A DNA stretch of 64,000 nucleotides from Parcubacteria group bacterium (lineage in GTDB: Bacteria > Patescibacteriota > Patescibacteriia > UBA9934 > GWF2-40-263). Positions 49,267 through 59,719 of the stretch are shown piece after piece. Position 1 is the stretch's first letter. Every line of letters begins with the position of its first letter. A program made the translations under genes and the position numbers. The notes beneath the pieces were generated by a model that did not search any database, was not told the origin of the DNA, and saw nothing but the letters and a program-made list of their open reading frames with translations. The stretch is taken from the NCBI GenBank assembly GCA_013204395.1, contig JABMNZ010000017.1, forward strand, positions 2,490-66,489, written 5' to 3'.

Positions 49267-50265
49267 ATGATCAATTACATTATTATTGTCTTTGTGGCTT
49301 TTGCTGGATTCATGTTGTCCAGTTATCTCTTCCACAAGAAACGCGAGAAAAAAGAACATTTTGTTTGTCCACTAAGGGGACATTGTGCCGAAGTGATTCA
49401 GAGTGATTTTTCCAGATTCATGGGAGTGCCCGTGGAGAATTTAGGAATGCTTTATTACGCGTGTATTGCGATAGGGTATGGCATGTTTCTTGCTTTTCCG
49501 TCTGTCTTCAGTTGGTTAGCGGTTCTGCTCCTTGTTGCGTCTGCGTTGGCATTCTTCTTTTCTATTTACCTTACGTTTATTCAGCTGGTAAGCATAAGGA
49601 AGCTTTGTACTTGGTGTTTGCTCTCCGCGATGTTTTGTACCGTTATCTTTTTCTCTGCTCTCCATTCTTCTCTAGATATGGTCGAGCCGCTGTTGGTTCA
49701 GTATCGTTCGTTCATTATTGCAGCCCATGTATTATTTATGGGAATGGGCCTGGGAGCAGCAACTCTTACAGATGTGTTGTTTTTCAAATTTTTGAAAGAC
49801 CTTCATGTTTCAGAGAAAGAGGCTGATGTACTTTCAACCGTGAGTGAGTTTATTTGGTTTGCTTTAGGATTTATCTTGTTAACAGGTCTAGCTCTTACGA
49901 TCCCTGAGGCCGGTACCTACCTGCAGACTCCAAAGTTTCTTGCAAAGCTTCTGGTTGTTGGTGTCATTATTGTGAACGGGGGATTTCTCACTCTTTATAT
50001 TGCTCCAAAGTTAGTAAAGATTTCATTTGGTCAGGAACATGACCATAGGCCTGGGGAGATGGTTCGGGCAAGGAAGCTAGCATTTATTCTCGGGCCAATA
50101 TCTATTGTCTCTTGGTACAGCGCCTTTCTACTTGGGATGATCCCAGCAAATGTTCCGTATACTTTTTTTCAAATCTTAGGTGTGTACATATCATTGATTA
50201 TAGCGGGTATTGCTTTGGGTTGGGTTACGGAGTGTAAAATTTCTGCAAGGGAGTGTAAGGAATGA
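49267..50265 (+). CDS. VKOR-family disulfide-bond protein fused to a C-terminal membrane domain
   Basis: C..C loop pair, S..FMGVP and LCTWC, followed by extra TM helices. Confidence 0.85.
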   Translation: MINYIIIVFVAFAGFMLSSYLFHKKREKKEHFVCPLRGHCAEVIQSDFSRFMGVPVENLGMLYYACIAIGYGMFLAFPSVFSWLAVLLLVASALAFFFSIYLTFIQLVSIRKLCTWCLLSAMFCTVIFFSALHSSLDMVEPLLVQYRSFIIAAHVLFMGMGLGAATLTDVLFFKFLKDLHVSEKEADVLSTVSEFIWFALGFILLTGLALTIPEAGTYLQTPKFLAKLLVVGVIIVNGGFLTLYIAPKLVKISFGQEHDHRPGEMVRARKLAFILGPISIVSWYSAFLLGMIPANVPYTFFQILGVYISLIIAGIALGWVTECKISARECKE

Positions 50266-51044
50266 TTATGGAAAACATATTGCCACTAATAATCCCAGCT
50301 TTCATTGCTGGAGCCCTAACGATTCTTGCTCCTTGTACCCTTCCTCTTGTGCCGGCATATCTTGGATTCATAAGCGGTGCCAGTGCAAAAGACATGCAGG
50401 ACCCAACAAAGATGTTGGCGATAAGGAAGCGAGTTTTTATAAACGGAATCTTTTATGTTCTGGGATTCAGTTTTGTGTTTGTCGGTCTTGGTATTTTGTT
50501 TGGTCTTGGTGGTGTTGCATTGGCAAAGTACCAAACCGTCCTCACTAGAATAGGAGGAGGTTTCATTGTTTTCTTTGGCCTGTATTTAATGGGCGTCATG
50601 GACAAGATACCTGGATTAAGACGTCTGCTTTCAACTGAACATCGTTTTCACCTTCCTTCTTCACTTACCCCAGGTACACCACATAGTTCATTTCTTTTCG
50701 GTGCGACTTTCGCATTTGGTTGGACCCCATGTGTGGGACCTATTCTCGGATCGATTCTTTTGCTTGCATCGTCTACATCGACCGCGCTTCAGGGAGCGAT
50801 TCTTCTTTCGGTATTTTCTTTAGGCTTGGCAACCCCCTTTCTTATAATAGCCTATGGGGTTGGGCACGCATCGCACACTATAAAGAAGCTTTCAAAGGTT
50901 TTGCCCTATATATCGTTTATCGGCGGAGCGTTCTTATTAATGCTTGGCGTGTTGTTACTAACAGGTTCACTTGGAATCTGGCTATCCTGGAGTTTCCAAT
51001 TTTTAGAAGTGTTTGATTACGAACGTTTACTTGATTACCTGTAG
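50262..51044 (+). CDS. ccdA: Cytochrome c biogenesis CcdA / DsbD-TM protein
   Basis: PCTLPLVPAY and GWTPCVGPIL motifs. Confidence 0.9.
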   Translation: MIMENILPLIIPAFIAGALTILAPCTLPLVPAYLGFISGASAKDMQDPTKMLAIRKRVFINGIFYVLGFSFVFVGLGILFGLGGVALAKYQTVLTRIGGGFIVFFGLYLMGVMDKIPGLRRLLSTEHRFHLPSSLTPGTPHSSFLFGATFAFGWTPCVGPILGSILLLASSTSTALQGAILLSVFSLGLATPFLIIAYGVGHASHTIKKLSKVLPYISFIGGAFLLMLGVLLLTGSLGIWLSWSFQFLEVFDYERLLDYL

Positions 51045-51105
51045 GTTTGTGCCAAAAACATGATTCTAGATTTTTTTTCACGTGCTGTGATATACTGCCG
51101 CAGCT

Positions 51106-51687
51106 ATGAAAAAAACCTTATTTGCCTTACTCGGAACAGTATTATTGATCGGTGGAGGTTGTATTGGAAGGGGTTCTGATCCCACACCTACGGTTGATGT
51201 TGAAATAGATCGCGAGGCGATTTTATTTGAAGCGAAAGAGCAAGGTTTAATTATGAATGACGAAGAGGTTCTTAAAATGGGACAAGTATTAGTTAATGAT
51301 GGGGGAGTCTCTCTTGATGAGGTAGAAGCGTATTTGACTCAAGATTTTACAGATTGGAGTGGAGCAGCTTTAGCTGACGTCACGGGGGGAGGGAGTTACG
51401 GGATAGCGCATGCATCGTACATAAATGGCTCATTTAACATCGTGGCGGACATGGGAAATGTCCCTTCCCCATCAGATGGATACTTCTATGAAGGATGGTT
51501 AGTTCGCCGAGGAAATAATATGTCAGTGATAAGCACTGGTCATGCACAAGTGATCGAAGAAAAGTTAGTGAACGTTTACACCTCCTCAACAAATCTCTCA
51601 GATCATGATTTCTATGTGCTAACACTTGAGCCAGATGATGGAGATCCTGCACCAGCCGAACATATCCTTGAAGGCACACTGCGATAA
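51106..51687 (+). CDS. Lipoprotein with RskA-like C-terminal domain
   Basis: LIGGG-C lipobox; YEGWL..LTLEPDDGDPAP. Confidence 0.65.
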   Translation: MKKTLFALLGTVLLIGGGCIGRGSDPTPTVDVEIDREAILFEAKEQGLIMNDEEVLKMGQVLVNDGGVSLDEVEAYLTQDFTDWSGAALADVTGGGSYGIAHASYINGSFNIVADMGNVPSPSDGYFYEGWLVRRGNNMSVISTGHAQVIEEKLVNVYTSSTNLSDHDFYVLTLEPDDGDPAPAEHILEGTLR

Positions 51688-51745
51688 ACTAAATTGAAGA
51701 AAAACTCCCCGACAGATTGGGGAGTTTTTGGTACAATGTGAATAT

Positions 51746-52894
51746 ATGGAAGGAACATTACTTGTCTTGCTTCTTATCCTTTTTGTGGGGTTGGTGGTAC
51801 CTGAGCTCTTTAGGAAATTGCGACTCCAATTTGTTACATCTCTCATTTTAGTTGGGGCTTTTTTTGGTCCGCATGGAATGGCTCTAGTACAAACAAACGA
51901 AACCGTTGATTTTTTTGGGTTTCTTGGCCTGACCTTCTTAATGTTCATGTCCGGACTCGAAACCAAAGTTGATGAAATCGAACACGTAGCTGGGCGCGTC
52001 ATCTTAATGGCCATTGTCAACGGTGGAATTCCTGCTCTGGCGGGTTTTTTTATTGCCCAGGCCTATGGATATGGTTTTACGGCATCAATGGTGGTCGCGG
52101 TGATTTTTATAAGTTCATCAATCGCTATTGTTATACCGTCTCTACGTGCAGAGAAATTGTTTAAGAAAGAAGATGGCCAACTGATCGTCTCAGCAGTTGT
52201 TTTGGAAGATGTTATTAGTCTTCTGCTCTTGGGTGTTTTGCTTCAAAGTTATTCTCCGATCACAAGCTTGCCACTACCTCTCTACTTTGCGGTTTTGATT
52301 GCATCTGTTGTGGCAATAAAAATGTTTCTGCCGCGTATTAGCAAAGCAGTATTACAGAAAGGGTTTTTTCCGCATAAGGAGCATGAGGATCAACTCAGGT
52401 TCGTCATTGTGTTGCTAATGGCCGTACTGTTATATTTCAGTGCCTTAGGGGTACATCCTATTGTGGCAGCATTTCTTTTGGGACTTGTTTTATCAAGTGC
52501 TATCACTTCTGAGAAACTCGTCACACAACTCCATACACTTGGATATGGATTGTTTGTTCCCGTCTTCTTTTTTCTCATTGGTACGCAAATGGATTTGGCC
52601 GTGTTTAGAACAATTGAGGGGTCCTTGTCTTTTCTCATCGTCACCATTGTTGTTTACACAGGCACAAAATTCCTGAGCGGTTTTCTTGTTGGGCGATTGG
52701 TTGGAATTAGCAAAGAACACTCAATCATGTTCGGAGTGGCCTCAACAACGCAGCTCACAACGTCTCTGGTTGCCTCGCAGGCGGCCTATAGTCTTGGAAT
52801 TGTAGACATAACTTTTCTGACAACCATGGTGGTTCTTGCGATTGTGACAGCCATCTTTTCTCCTATAATCCTACATTTGCTAGGCCACTCTTGA
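51746..52894 (+). CDS. CPA2-family cation:proton antiporter
   Basis: LMFMSGLE, AVVLED and FVPVFF motifs; many TM helices. Confidence 0.9.
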   Translation: MEGTLLVLLLILFVGLVVPELFRKLRLQFVTSLILVGAFFGPHGMALVQTNETVDFFGFLGLTFLMFMSGLETKVDEIEHVAGRVILMAIVNGGIPALAGFFIAQAYGYGFTASMVVAVIFISSSIAIVIPSLRAEKLFKKEDGQLIVSAVVLEDVISLLLLGVLLQSYSPITSLPLPLYFAVLIASVVAIKMFLPRISKAVLQKGFFPHKEHEDQLRFVIVLLMAVLLYFSALGVHPIVAAFLLGLVLSSAITSEKLVTQLHTLGYGLFVPVFFFLIGTQMDLAVFRTIEGSLSFLIVTIVVYTGTKFLSGFLVGRLVGISKEHSIMFGVASTTQLTTSLVASQAAYSLGIVDITFLTTMVVLAIVTAIFSPIILHLLGHS

Positions 52895-52914
52895 GGGGAT
52901 ACAATGACGTTATT

Positions 52915-54486
52915 ATGAAACGATTGTGGATAACTGGAGCCTGTCTCCTCTTTTTATTACCGTCAGCTATTCAAGCCGAGGAGGCAGATTTTTTGCTTCC
53001 ACAAGTTCATGCTGTTGAAAGGTCTCTGGTATGTGAGGGTTGGGATGATGGTGGATGCAGAACGATTTTTCTTATTTCAGGAAAGAACTTTCTTAATTCG
53101 AATGGAGATCCTGGTGTAAGGGTTGGTGATGAGTGGGCCGACATTATTCGACAAGCCGACAATTATTTAGTAGCGGTAGCCTCTGAGAGCTCATTTGATC
53201 TGACGCCGTCGATAGCTGTAGATAAAACGCTTCAACGTCCAGTGATGCTGACATCTGACAACACTCTTTCAACCATGTTCGCAGAGAGTGTTGAAGTCGT
53301 TCTTGAATCGATCGGTATTACTGATAAAGGACTTAGGTATGTGACAGCTGGGCCTAAGTATGGAAACCCTGAGCGTGTCTATTATAGGGATACCTACTGG
53401 ACCAGTGGAATGGTGCTCATGATCGAGCCATATATTTTAAGAGACCAGATTGAACTCTTAGCACGTGGCATAGAACCAAATGGCTCTGTTCCAAGCGCAA
53501 TCCCCGTTGATCCAAACGATGCGATGATTCCTTTGTGGATTGATCATCAGGATGCTGGATTGTATTTCATAAGACTTGTTTACGACTATATTGCTTGGAC
53601 TGGAGATGATTCAATTTTGGCAAAGCGCGTAAACGGCAGAACAATCTTCACCGCCATGGAAGATATCGTTTCCTATCTTTCAACCAAAGATCTTGATGGC
53701 AACCATCTTCCTGAAAAACCAGAAGGTTCACTTCAGGACTGGTTGGATTCCATTCCTAGATCAGGTGAAGTCATTTCAAATCAAGCACTGTACTATAGGG
53801 CCCTGCGTGACCTAGTCGAGTTTTCTGAAATATATGGGGAGCCAACGCATGCAAAAGCATTTCATAGGCAATCTCTTTTAGTTCGTTATCAGATCAACAG
53901 CTTGATGTGGAACGAAGACGGAGGGTATTTTTATGAGCGATGCGATGCGGGGGTATGTGAAGATCGAATTACAAACGAATCAGCCCTTACAATTTTGTAT
54001 GACGTAGTTTGGCCAGAGAGACGTGCGGAAATGTTCGAGGCACTAGGCACACTCGAAACTGCACGAAATGATGAGATTCCATATGGTGACTGGGGAACAC
54101 TAAACGCGTGGCCACTGTACGATGGGTTCACGCCTCATGATTATCAAAACGGAACGGACTGGCCGTTCCTAGATGGGATCAACGCAGGGGCAAGGTTGAA
54201 ATACAATAATGATGATTGGTGGTATCCCATGACACGATGGTGGAGATATAATCAAGAAAATAGCAGTAAGACATTGCCTGAGTATGTTTCCCCAGTAGAT
54301 GACGATAGTGGTGACCTGCAGGCGTGGTCTGTGAATCCGATTGTCAGTTTTGTGAAGTATGGGCTGGGTCTCGATCCGACACTAGACGGAACTTTCACAA
54401 CTAAGGGCTCGCCAGCTGGTGATATGCGTCTAGAAAATGTGGCATTGAACGGCACCCGATCATCTATAGATTTTCCAGCAAGGTAA
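52915..54486 (+). CDS. Secreted six-hairpin glycosidase-like protein
   Basis: Signal peptide; YYRD, QDWLD, YQNGTDWP, LPEY and QAWS motifs. Confidence 0.7.
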   Translation: MKRLWITGACLLFLLPSAIQAEEADFLLPQVHAVERSLVCEGWDDGGCRTIFLISGKNFLNSNGDPGVRVGDEWADIIRQADNYLVAVASESSFDLTPSIAVDKTLQRPVMLTSDNTLSTMFAESVEVVLESIGITDKGLRYVTAGPKYGNPERVYYRDTYWTSGMVLMIEPYILRDQIELLARGIEPNGSVPSAIPVDPNDAMIPLWIDHQDAGLYFIRLVYDYIAWTGDDSILAKRVNGRTIFTAMEDIVSYLSTKDLDGNHLPEKPEGSLQDWLDSIPRSGEVISNQALYYRALRDLVEFSEIYGEPTHAKAFHRQSLLVRYQINSLMWNEDGGYFYERCDAGVCEDRITNESALTILYDVVWPERRAEMFEALGTLETARNDEIPYGDWGTLNAWPLYDGFTPHDYQNGTDWPFLDGINAGARLKYNNDDWWYPMTRWWRYNQENSSKTLPEYVSPVDDDSGDLQAWSVNPIVSFVKYGLGLDPTLDGTFTTKGSPAGDMRLENVALNGTRSSIDFPAR

Positions 54487-54487
54487 T

Positions 54488-55129
54488 ATGACACTATCTG
54501 AATATCACCAAAATTATCAGAATCGATCAGACGACAAGATTGTAAGACGTATGGCAGTTAAGCGTCTTGAGATGGAAGATGTTATTAAAAGAATGTCATT
54601 TGTTCCAGATCATGGACCGGTTAAGATTGGTATTCTTGGTTGTGGCGATCGACGTTTTGTTCAGGCCCACCGTGAGTTATTTGAATCATTACTTTCAAAA
54701 TCAGTTGAACTTACAACGTTTGATATTACAATTGAACATCTTAGTGGAGAAGAGGGGGTGGTCGAGCATGATGTAACTACACCGCTACCAGGAGGCCCGT
54801 TCGATCTGCTCTTGGGTCATGTGTTGCTTAAGTTTATTCCAACAGAGAAGCAATGGAGTGTTATAAAGAATGCATATTCAGCTCTCACTTATGGTGGAAT
54901 CGCAATCTTTGTTCAAGGAAAACAAGAGTTGGAATATTCTGATCGTGTAGAGAACTATCAAGCTCACGATGCTTTTCAATACAAACTAGGTCATCTAAAT
55001 CCAGTGAAGATTGATGACCTGAAAGACAAGTTAACTGATGCTGAGATTGAGTTCAAAAGTTGGGATAGTTTAATTGAGGGGATTGAGGCCGTTCCAATCA
55101 CAGCCAACGTACTAGCTATTAAAAAGTAA
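54488..55129 (+). CDS. Class I SAM-dependent methyltransferase-like protein
   Basis: ILGCGD motif I, HDVT and FDLL. Confidence 0.6.
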   Translation: MTLSEYHQNYQNRSDDKIVRRMAVKRLEMEDVIKRMSFVPDHGPVKIGILGCGDRRFVQAHRELFESLLSKSVELTTFDITIEHLSGEEGVVEHDVTTPLPGGPFDLLLGHVLLKFIPTEKQWSVIKNAYSALTYGGIAIFVQGKQELEYSDRVENYQAHDAFQYKLGHLNPVKIDDLKDKLTDAEIEFKSWDSLIEGIEAVPITANVLAIKK

Positions 55130-55138
55130 AACCACCTC

Positions 55139-55282
55139 TTACGAGGCGGTTTTTTCTTCTGCAGCTTTTGCTTTTGCAGCAGCTTTTACGAAACGAATTG
55201 CTTTCTGTTTACGATTCGCAGAGAGAGCTACCTTTCGGTCTATCTTCCATTTGTCCCGCATTTGTTTACGTTTTCCAGGCAT
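55139..55282 (-). CDS. 47-aa basic peptide
   Basis: Hand-translated MPGKRKQMRDKWKIDRKVALSANRKQKAIRFVKAAAKAKAAEEKTAS. Confidence 0.5.
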   Translation of the reverse strand: MPGKRKQMRDKWKIDRKVALSANRKQKAIRFVKAAAKAKAAEEKTAS

Positions 55283-55330
55283 AGATATAGTTTATTGACG
55301 CGCGAACTATAACCGATCAGGTCCTTTGGG

Positions 55331-56188
55331 TCAAGCCTTGTCCCCGTGCATAACCTGCTTACAGAGAATCTGAATAGCTTCTAGGCGCTGCATACTTATT
55401 CCTGTTTGTTGATGGACAGTATCTATATTTGTATTTACTAGGTCCCGGCAAAGCATAATATCTGCTTTTGCAAAAATTTCAGATTCTGAAGGTTTGAGAT
55501 CTTTCAAAATGGTGACTGGGTATAAAGCATCTAAATCAACCATTTGAGCAAAAGTACGTTCATGTGGATGGTTCCACCCTATTAGCTTCATGTTCTTGCA
55601 ATGTCCGAACTCTAAAGATTGATCTGTGAAGCGTGCGTTGGTTACGATCCATACCTCGTCAAAGTGAGGACAGAGCCCAACCTTTGATCCATCGACCAAG
55701 TCTAGGAATCGTGCCCATGTGGCCATGGTGTCTTTGATGGTAACAGATGCACCAAAATCATGGCGGAATTTCGCCTCAATGAAAGCAGTGCGTCCGTCCT
55801 TCTCAGCTGTAACGTCAATCTCGTGCTCTATACATGCACCCTTGTAGGTCTCTGGCGTGGCGGTCTTGTATCCGTAAGCAGATAAGATGGATGCAACATA
55901 CTTTTCAAAATTGTATCCAGCAGGACCCATTTTTCTAAGTGCATCACGAAGATCATATCTTGCAGCTGCCCAGGGTTTACGTTTTTCTAGCTCTTCAGAA
56001 ATCATTTTATAGATTTCTCCTGTGTGCATGCGTGGAGTGAGCCCCGATTCTACGGCTTTTAGAATATCTTTAGCTGTTTTTTGATCGACCCCAGTTCTGG
56101 ATATGGATTTTAAAACCCTTGCAGGGTCAAAAGGGGTCAGTTGGCCATTGGACTTCTTGATCATCTTCTTGTGTTGTTTCTTTGTCAT
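55331..56188 (-). CDS. ATP-cone plus Mrr-like restriction endonuclease domain protein
   Basis: IKKSNGQLTPFD ATP-cone; FEKYV, HEIDV..IEAK and VTNARFT motifs. Confidence 0.8.
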   Translation of the reverse strand: MTKKQHKKMIKKSNGQLTPFDPARVLKSISRTGVDQKTAKDILKAVESGLTPRMHTGEIYKMISEELEKRKPWAAARYDLRDALRKMGPAGYNFEKYVASILSAYGYKTATPETYKGACIEHEIDVTAEKDGRTAFIEAKFRHDFGASVTIKDTMATWARFLDLVDGSKVGLCPHFDEVWIVTNARFTDQSLEFGHCKNMKLIGWNHPHERTFAQMVDLDALYPVTILKDLKPSESEIFAKADIMLCRDLVNTNIDTVHQQTGISMQRLEAIQILCKQVMHGDKA

Positions 56189-56228
56189 AGTGGAATCAGT
56201 ATAGCAATTCTTGTACAATGGGTCTTGT

Positions 56229-56654
56229 ATGGATCTACTCTCGGTCATTCATCCAGGACAGATACTTTTTGGACTCACGATCGTTTTGTTTGGTTCGGCA
56301 TTTACGCTAAGTTTTTTAATGAGATCAAAGGCGGAAGTAGTGCGTCCATTAACGGGCGTTCTTTTTGTTATTCTGTTCTTATTGATTGGCACGGTGGCTA
56401 TTGAATTCTCCGCAGCCGCAACTCCATCATACACATTTGGAGAGTTTGCCTCATTGTCGGAGGCTTTATCCACACACCGATGGCTTTTGTTTCAATTGCC
56501 AATTCTGCTGACCATCACATCGCTCATGGTTCTATCTGTATACAGAGAACACATTGCCCATAAGCATGCATGGCACTATCGCGCAGCCGTCATTTTTTCC
56601 ATCGCCATTAGTTTTGCCTCTGTCGTAATGATTCTTTTAGAATCGATGATATAG
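56229..56654 (+). CDS. Hypothetical membrane protein
   Basis: Four hydrophobic segments. Confidence 0.7.
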   Translation: MDLLSVIHPGQILFGLTIVLFGSAFTLSFLMRSKAEVVRPLTGVLFVILFLLIGTVAIEFSAAATPSYTFGEFASLSEALSTHRWLLFQLPILLTITSLMVLSVYREHIAHKHAWHYRAAVIFSIAISFASVVMILLESMI

Positions 56655-56658
56655 ATTT

Positions 56659-57000
56659 ATGCCACGTCACTTCAATGATCGCATTCATGAGTCACTTGCC
56701 ACCGCCGCTTTGCTAGCCGGGGGAGTTGCTTTGAATGTGGCATGGATCGATAACTTACTGATCACTCGAAGTGAACTTATTGCTTCTTGGATTACCATCA
56801 GTCCAACCATTGGTCCTATCAGTGGTGTCTACCTCGATACCATTGGAGCATTCTTTGTGTCCTATTTATTTTCGGCGGCGATGTGGAGAGGGCGTGATGT
56901 GTCACACTGGCGTTCTCAGGTGTTCTGGTTCTTTTTTACAAGTGTCGTGATCTTTATTTTAATGACCCTTCCATTTGTCTTTGGCTTTGTCATAAGTTGA
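56659..57000 (+). CDS. Hypothetical membrane protein
   Basis: Three hydrophobic segments and IGPISG. Confidence 0.7.
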   Translation: MPRHFNDRIHESLATAALLAGGVALNVAWIDNLLITRSELIASWITISPTIGPISGVYLDTIGAFFVSYLFSAAMWRGRDVSHWRSQVFWFFFTSVVIFILMTLPFVFGFVIS

Positions 57001-57052
57001 GAAAACTTCTAAAAACCGATAAGGTGCCTTCATAAGGCATTTTTATATTACT

Positions 57053-58546
57053 ATGGATATATCAGTACAAAAGGGAGATTTGATTCAACAGGAATGTGAC
57101 ATGCTTGTCTTGGGTGCGTTTGAAGGCGGTAAAGAACCTTATGGCGCCGCTGGAGAAGTGAATGAGGAACTGAACGGTAGATTGTTTGGATACTGGAAAG
57201 CTGAAAAATTTAAGGCCAAGCAAGGTGAGATTTTTCTTATGCGCACGGATGAAAAGATCCCTGCCAAGAGAGTGCTTGTAGTGGGCTTGGGGAAAAACGA
57301 AGACTTTTGTGTTGATTCTGTGCGACAGGCTGCCGCGACGTCCCTGTCAGTGGCAAAACAAATGCGTTGTAAGAAAGTTGTTTCTGTATTGCATGGTGCT
57401 GGATATGGCGACCTTCAGGCGCGTGACTGTGCTCGTGCAATGGTTGAGGGTGTGCGTTTGGTTGATTATAAATTTGCAAAGTACAAAAAGGACAAATCTA
57501 AAGCTCCTGAGAAATTTGAGATTGTTTCAAAAGATGGGCGGGCGGTAAAAGCGGCACAGCGTGGAGTCGTGGATGGTGAGGCAGCGGCGGCTGGGACAGT
57601 GTTCGCTCGAGATCTTGTGAATACACCTGGTCAAGATATGCATCCAGACACACTTGTTGAGGCAGCCAACCAGATTGCTCATGGCAAAGGATCTATACGT
57701 GTACGTGTTTATAACAAGGAGAAGCTTCAGAAGATGGGTGCGGGCGGGATCCTTGGGGTAGCTCAAGGGTCAGAATGTCCGCCGTACTTAGTCCACATGG
57801 TTTACACACCGAAGAAGCCCTCGAAAAAGAAAGTGGCTCTTGTGGGTAAGGCGGTAACCTTTGATTCAGGAGGCCTTTCACTCAAACCAGCAGGATCAAT
57901 GGAGACCATGAAAATAGATATGGCTGGATCAGCTGTTGTGCTGGGTGTGTTCTCGGTTATTGATCAATGGGCACCAAAGGCAGAGGTGCACGGCATTTTT
58001 GGGGCTGTTGAAAACATGCCGTCAGGAAAAGCGATTAGACCTGGTGATGTTCTTACGGCAATGAACAAGAAAACGATTGAGGTTCTAAACACGGATGCAG
58101 AGGGTCGCCTTACTTTAGCTGATACACTTTCCTTTGCTGTAAAACAAAAGCCTGATTTTATTATCGACCTAGCTACCCTTACTGGGGCTTGTGTCGTTGC
58201 TCTTGGCGAGGAGATTACCGCCGTGATGGGAAACAACCCTGAGCTTTCTCAGAGGATTTTAACAGCTGCATCTGGGGCGGGGGAGAAGATGTGGGAGATG
58301 CCACTTGAAAAGAATTACAGAAAGCTTATTGATTCAGATATCGCTGACTTGAAGAACATTGGTTCCCGTTGGGGTGGTTGCCTAACCGCAGGGTTATTCT
58401 TGCAAGAGTTTGTAGACAAGGTTCCTTGGGCTCACCTAGATATAGCTGGGCCAGCTTATGCCGAGCGCGTAATTGATCCTTATACAAAAAAGGGGGCTAC
58501 AGGTCATGGGGTCCGTACTCTTCTTGAGCTCCTTAGAGAATTATAA
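57053..58546 (+). CDS. pepA: Cytosol leucyl aminopeptidase (M17)
   Basis: GKAVTFDSGG, MKIDMAG, NTDAEGRL and HLDIAG motifs. Confidence 0.96.
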   Translation: MDISVQKGDLIQQECDMLVLGAFEGGKEPYGAAGEVNEELNGRLFGYWKAEKFKAKQGEIFLMRTDEKIPAKRVLVVGLGKNEDFCVDSVRQAAATSLSVAKQMRCKKVVSVLHGAGYGDLQARDCARAMVEGVRLVDYKFAKYKKDKSKAPEKFEIVSKDGRAVKAAQRGVVDGEAAAAGTVFARDLVNTPGQDMHPDTLVEAANQIAHGKGSIRVRVYNKEKLQKMGAGGILGVAQGSECPPYLVHMVYTPKKPSKKKVALVGKAVTFDSGGLSLKPAGSMETMKIDMAGSAVVLGVFSVIDQWAPKAEVHGIFGAVENMPSGKAIRPGDVLTAMNKKTIEVLNTDAEGRLTLADTLSFAVKQKPDFIIDLATLTGACVVALGEEITAVMGNNPELSQRILTAASGAGEKMWEMPLEKNYRKLIDSDIADLKNIGSRWGGCLTAGLFLQEFVDKVPWAHLDIAGPAYAERVIDPYTKKGATGHGVRTLLELLREL

Positions 58547-58548
58547 TT

Positions 58549-58827
58549 ATGAGAGAAGCGGATCTGAAGTACAAAAAACTCGTCTTGGTTTGCACCAATG
58601 ATAGGGAAAACGGCAAAGAGTGCTGTAGTCAGAAAGGATCGGTCGATCTTCATCAAAAATTAAAGCAAGCCGTGAAAGCGGTAGATCTTCAGGTTCGAGT
58701 AAGTCGAACGGGATGTCTTGGTAACTGTTTGTCAGGTGCTTCAGTTGTCATTATGCCCGACGATATCTGGCTTGGGGAAGTGACAGAGGACGACATAGAT
58801 GAAATAATCCAGTTAATAACATCTTAA
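58549..58827 (+). CDS. Thioredoxin-like [2Fe-2S] ferredoxin
   Basis: VCTN..CC..TGCLGNC. Confidence 0.85.
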   Translation: MREADLKYKKLVLVCTNDRENGKECCSQKGSVDLHQKLKQAVKAVDLQVRVSRTGCLGNCLSGASVVIMPDDIWLGEVTEDDIDEIIQLITS

Positions 58828-58835
58828 AAATACCT

Positions 58836-59069
58836 ATGAACATAACTGTCTATTCAACGCCAACTTGTCCATTTTGTAAGCAGACCAAGGCTTTTCTTGA
58901 AGAGAACAAAGTGGAATTTACAGACATTGATGTTTCATCTGATCAAGAGGAGGCACAAAAAATGATCAAGTTATCAGGGCAGATGGGGGTTCCGGTAACG
59001 GATATAGATGGAGAAATAGTGATCGGGTTTGATCGTGACAAAATCTCAGGTCTGTTAGGTCTCAAATAA
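58836..59069 (+). CDS. Glutaredoxin (NrdH/YruB-like)
   Basis: CPFC, GQMGVPV and GFD motifs. Confidence 0.92.
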   Translation: MNITVYSTPTCPFCKQTKAFLEENKVEFTDIDVSSDQEEAQKMIKLSGQMGVPVTDIDGEIVIGFDRDKISGLLGLK

Positions 59070-59115
59070 GAAAAAAGACGATCCTAACGGATCGTCTTTT
59101 TGACTGTGATTAGTT

Positions 59116-59673
59116 TTAAGCTTTTCCAAGTGTGTCCCCACCTTTCTCCCATCCAACGGGACAGAGCTCACCGGTCTGGAGTGCCTGTATAACACGAAGG
59201 GTTTCACTCACAGATCGACCGACACCGAGGTCGTGATAAAGCGCATAACGGAGAACGCCCTCTGGATCGATGATAAATGTTCCTCGTAAGGTAATCCCTT
59301 CATCTTGGATAAGTACTCCGTAGTCGAAGCTCATGTCATGACTCATATCAGAGAAGAGGGGGAAGTTTAGATCGCCAAGTTCCTTAAGCCAGGCCTTATG
59401 TGAGTGCACGGAATCTGTTGACCCGCCAAGCACCTCTGCGTTGAGTTCCTTGAATTCGGCATCACGTTTTGAGAATTCAGTGATCTCCGTTGGGCAGACA
59501 AAAGTGAAGTCAAGAGGGTAAAAGAAGAGGACGAGCCACTTTCCCTTATAGTCTGAGAGTTTAGCGCGGCTAAATTCTCCTCCGGTGATGGCAGTTTCAA
59601 CGTCAAATTCTGGAGCTGGTCGGCCAACCATGGCCAATTGCGGTGTGTGCATTTCTTCGAATGTATCAAGCAT
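59116..59673 (-). CDS. ahpC: 2-Cys peroxiredoxin
   Basis: [13 protein letters not shown] and LCPVGW motifs. Confidence 0.93.
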   Translation of the reverse strand: MLDTFEEMHTPQLAMVGRPAPEFDVETAITGGEFSRAKLSDYKGKWLVLFFYPLDFTFVCPTEITEFSKRDAEFKELNAEVLGGSTDSVHSHKAWLKELGDLNFPLFSDMSHDMSFDYGVLIQDEGITLRGTFIIDPEGVLRYALYHDLGVGRSVSETLRVIQALQTGELCPVGWEKGGDTLGKA

Positions 59674-59719
59674 AAGTTTGTTTTGTTATGAATGAAAGTC
59701 AAGTACCATAGTAGTTGAT

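Noticed and set aside
56466-56474. DnaA box / replication origin
   Set aside because: Single 9-mer inside a CDS, with no cluster or AT-rich unwinding element.
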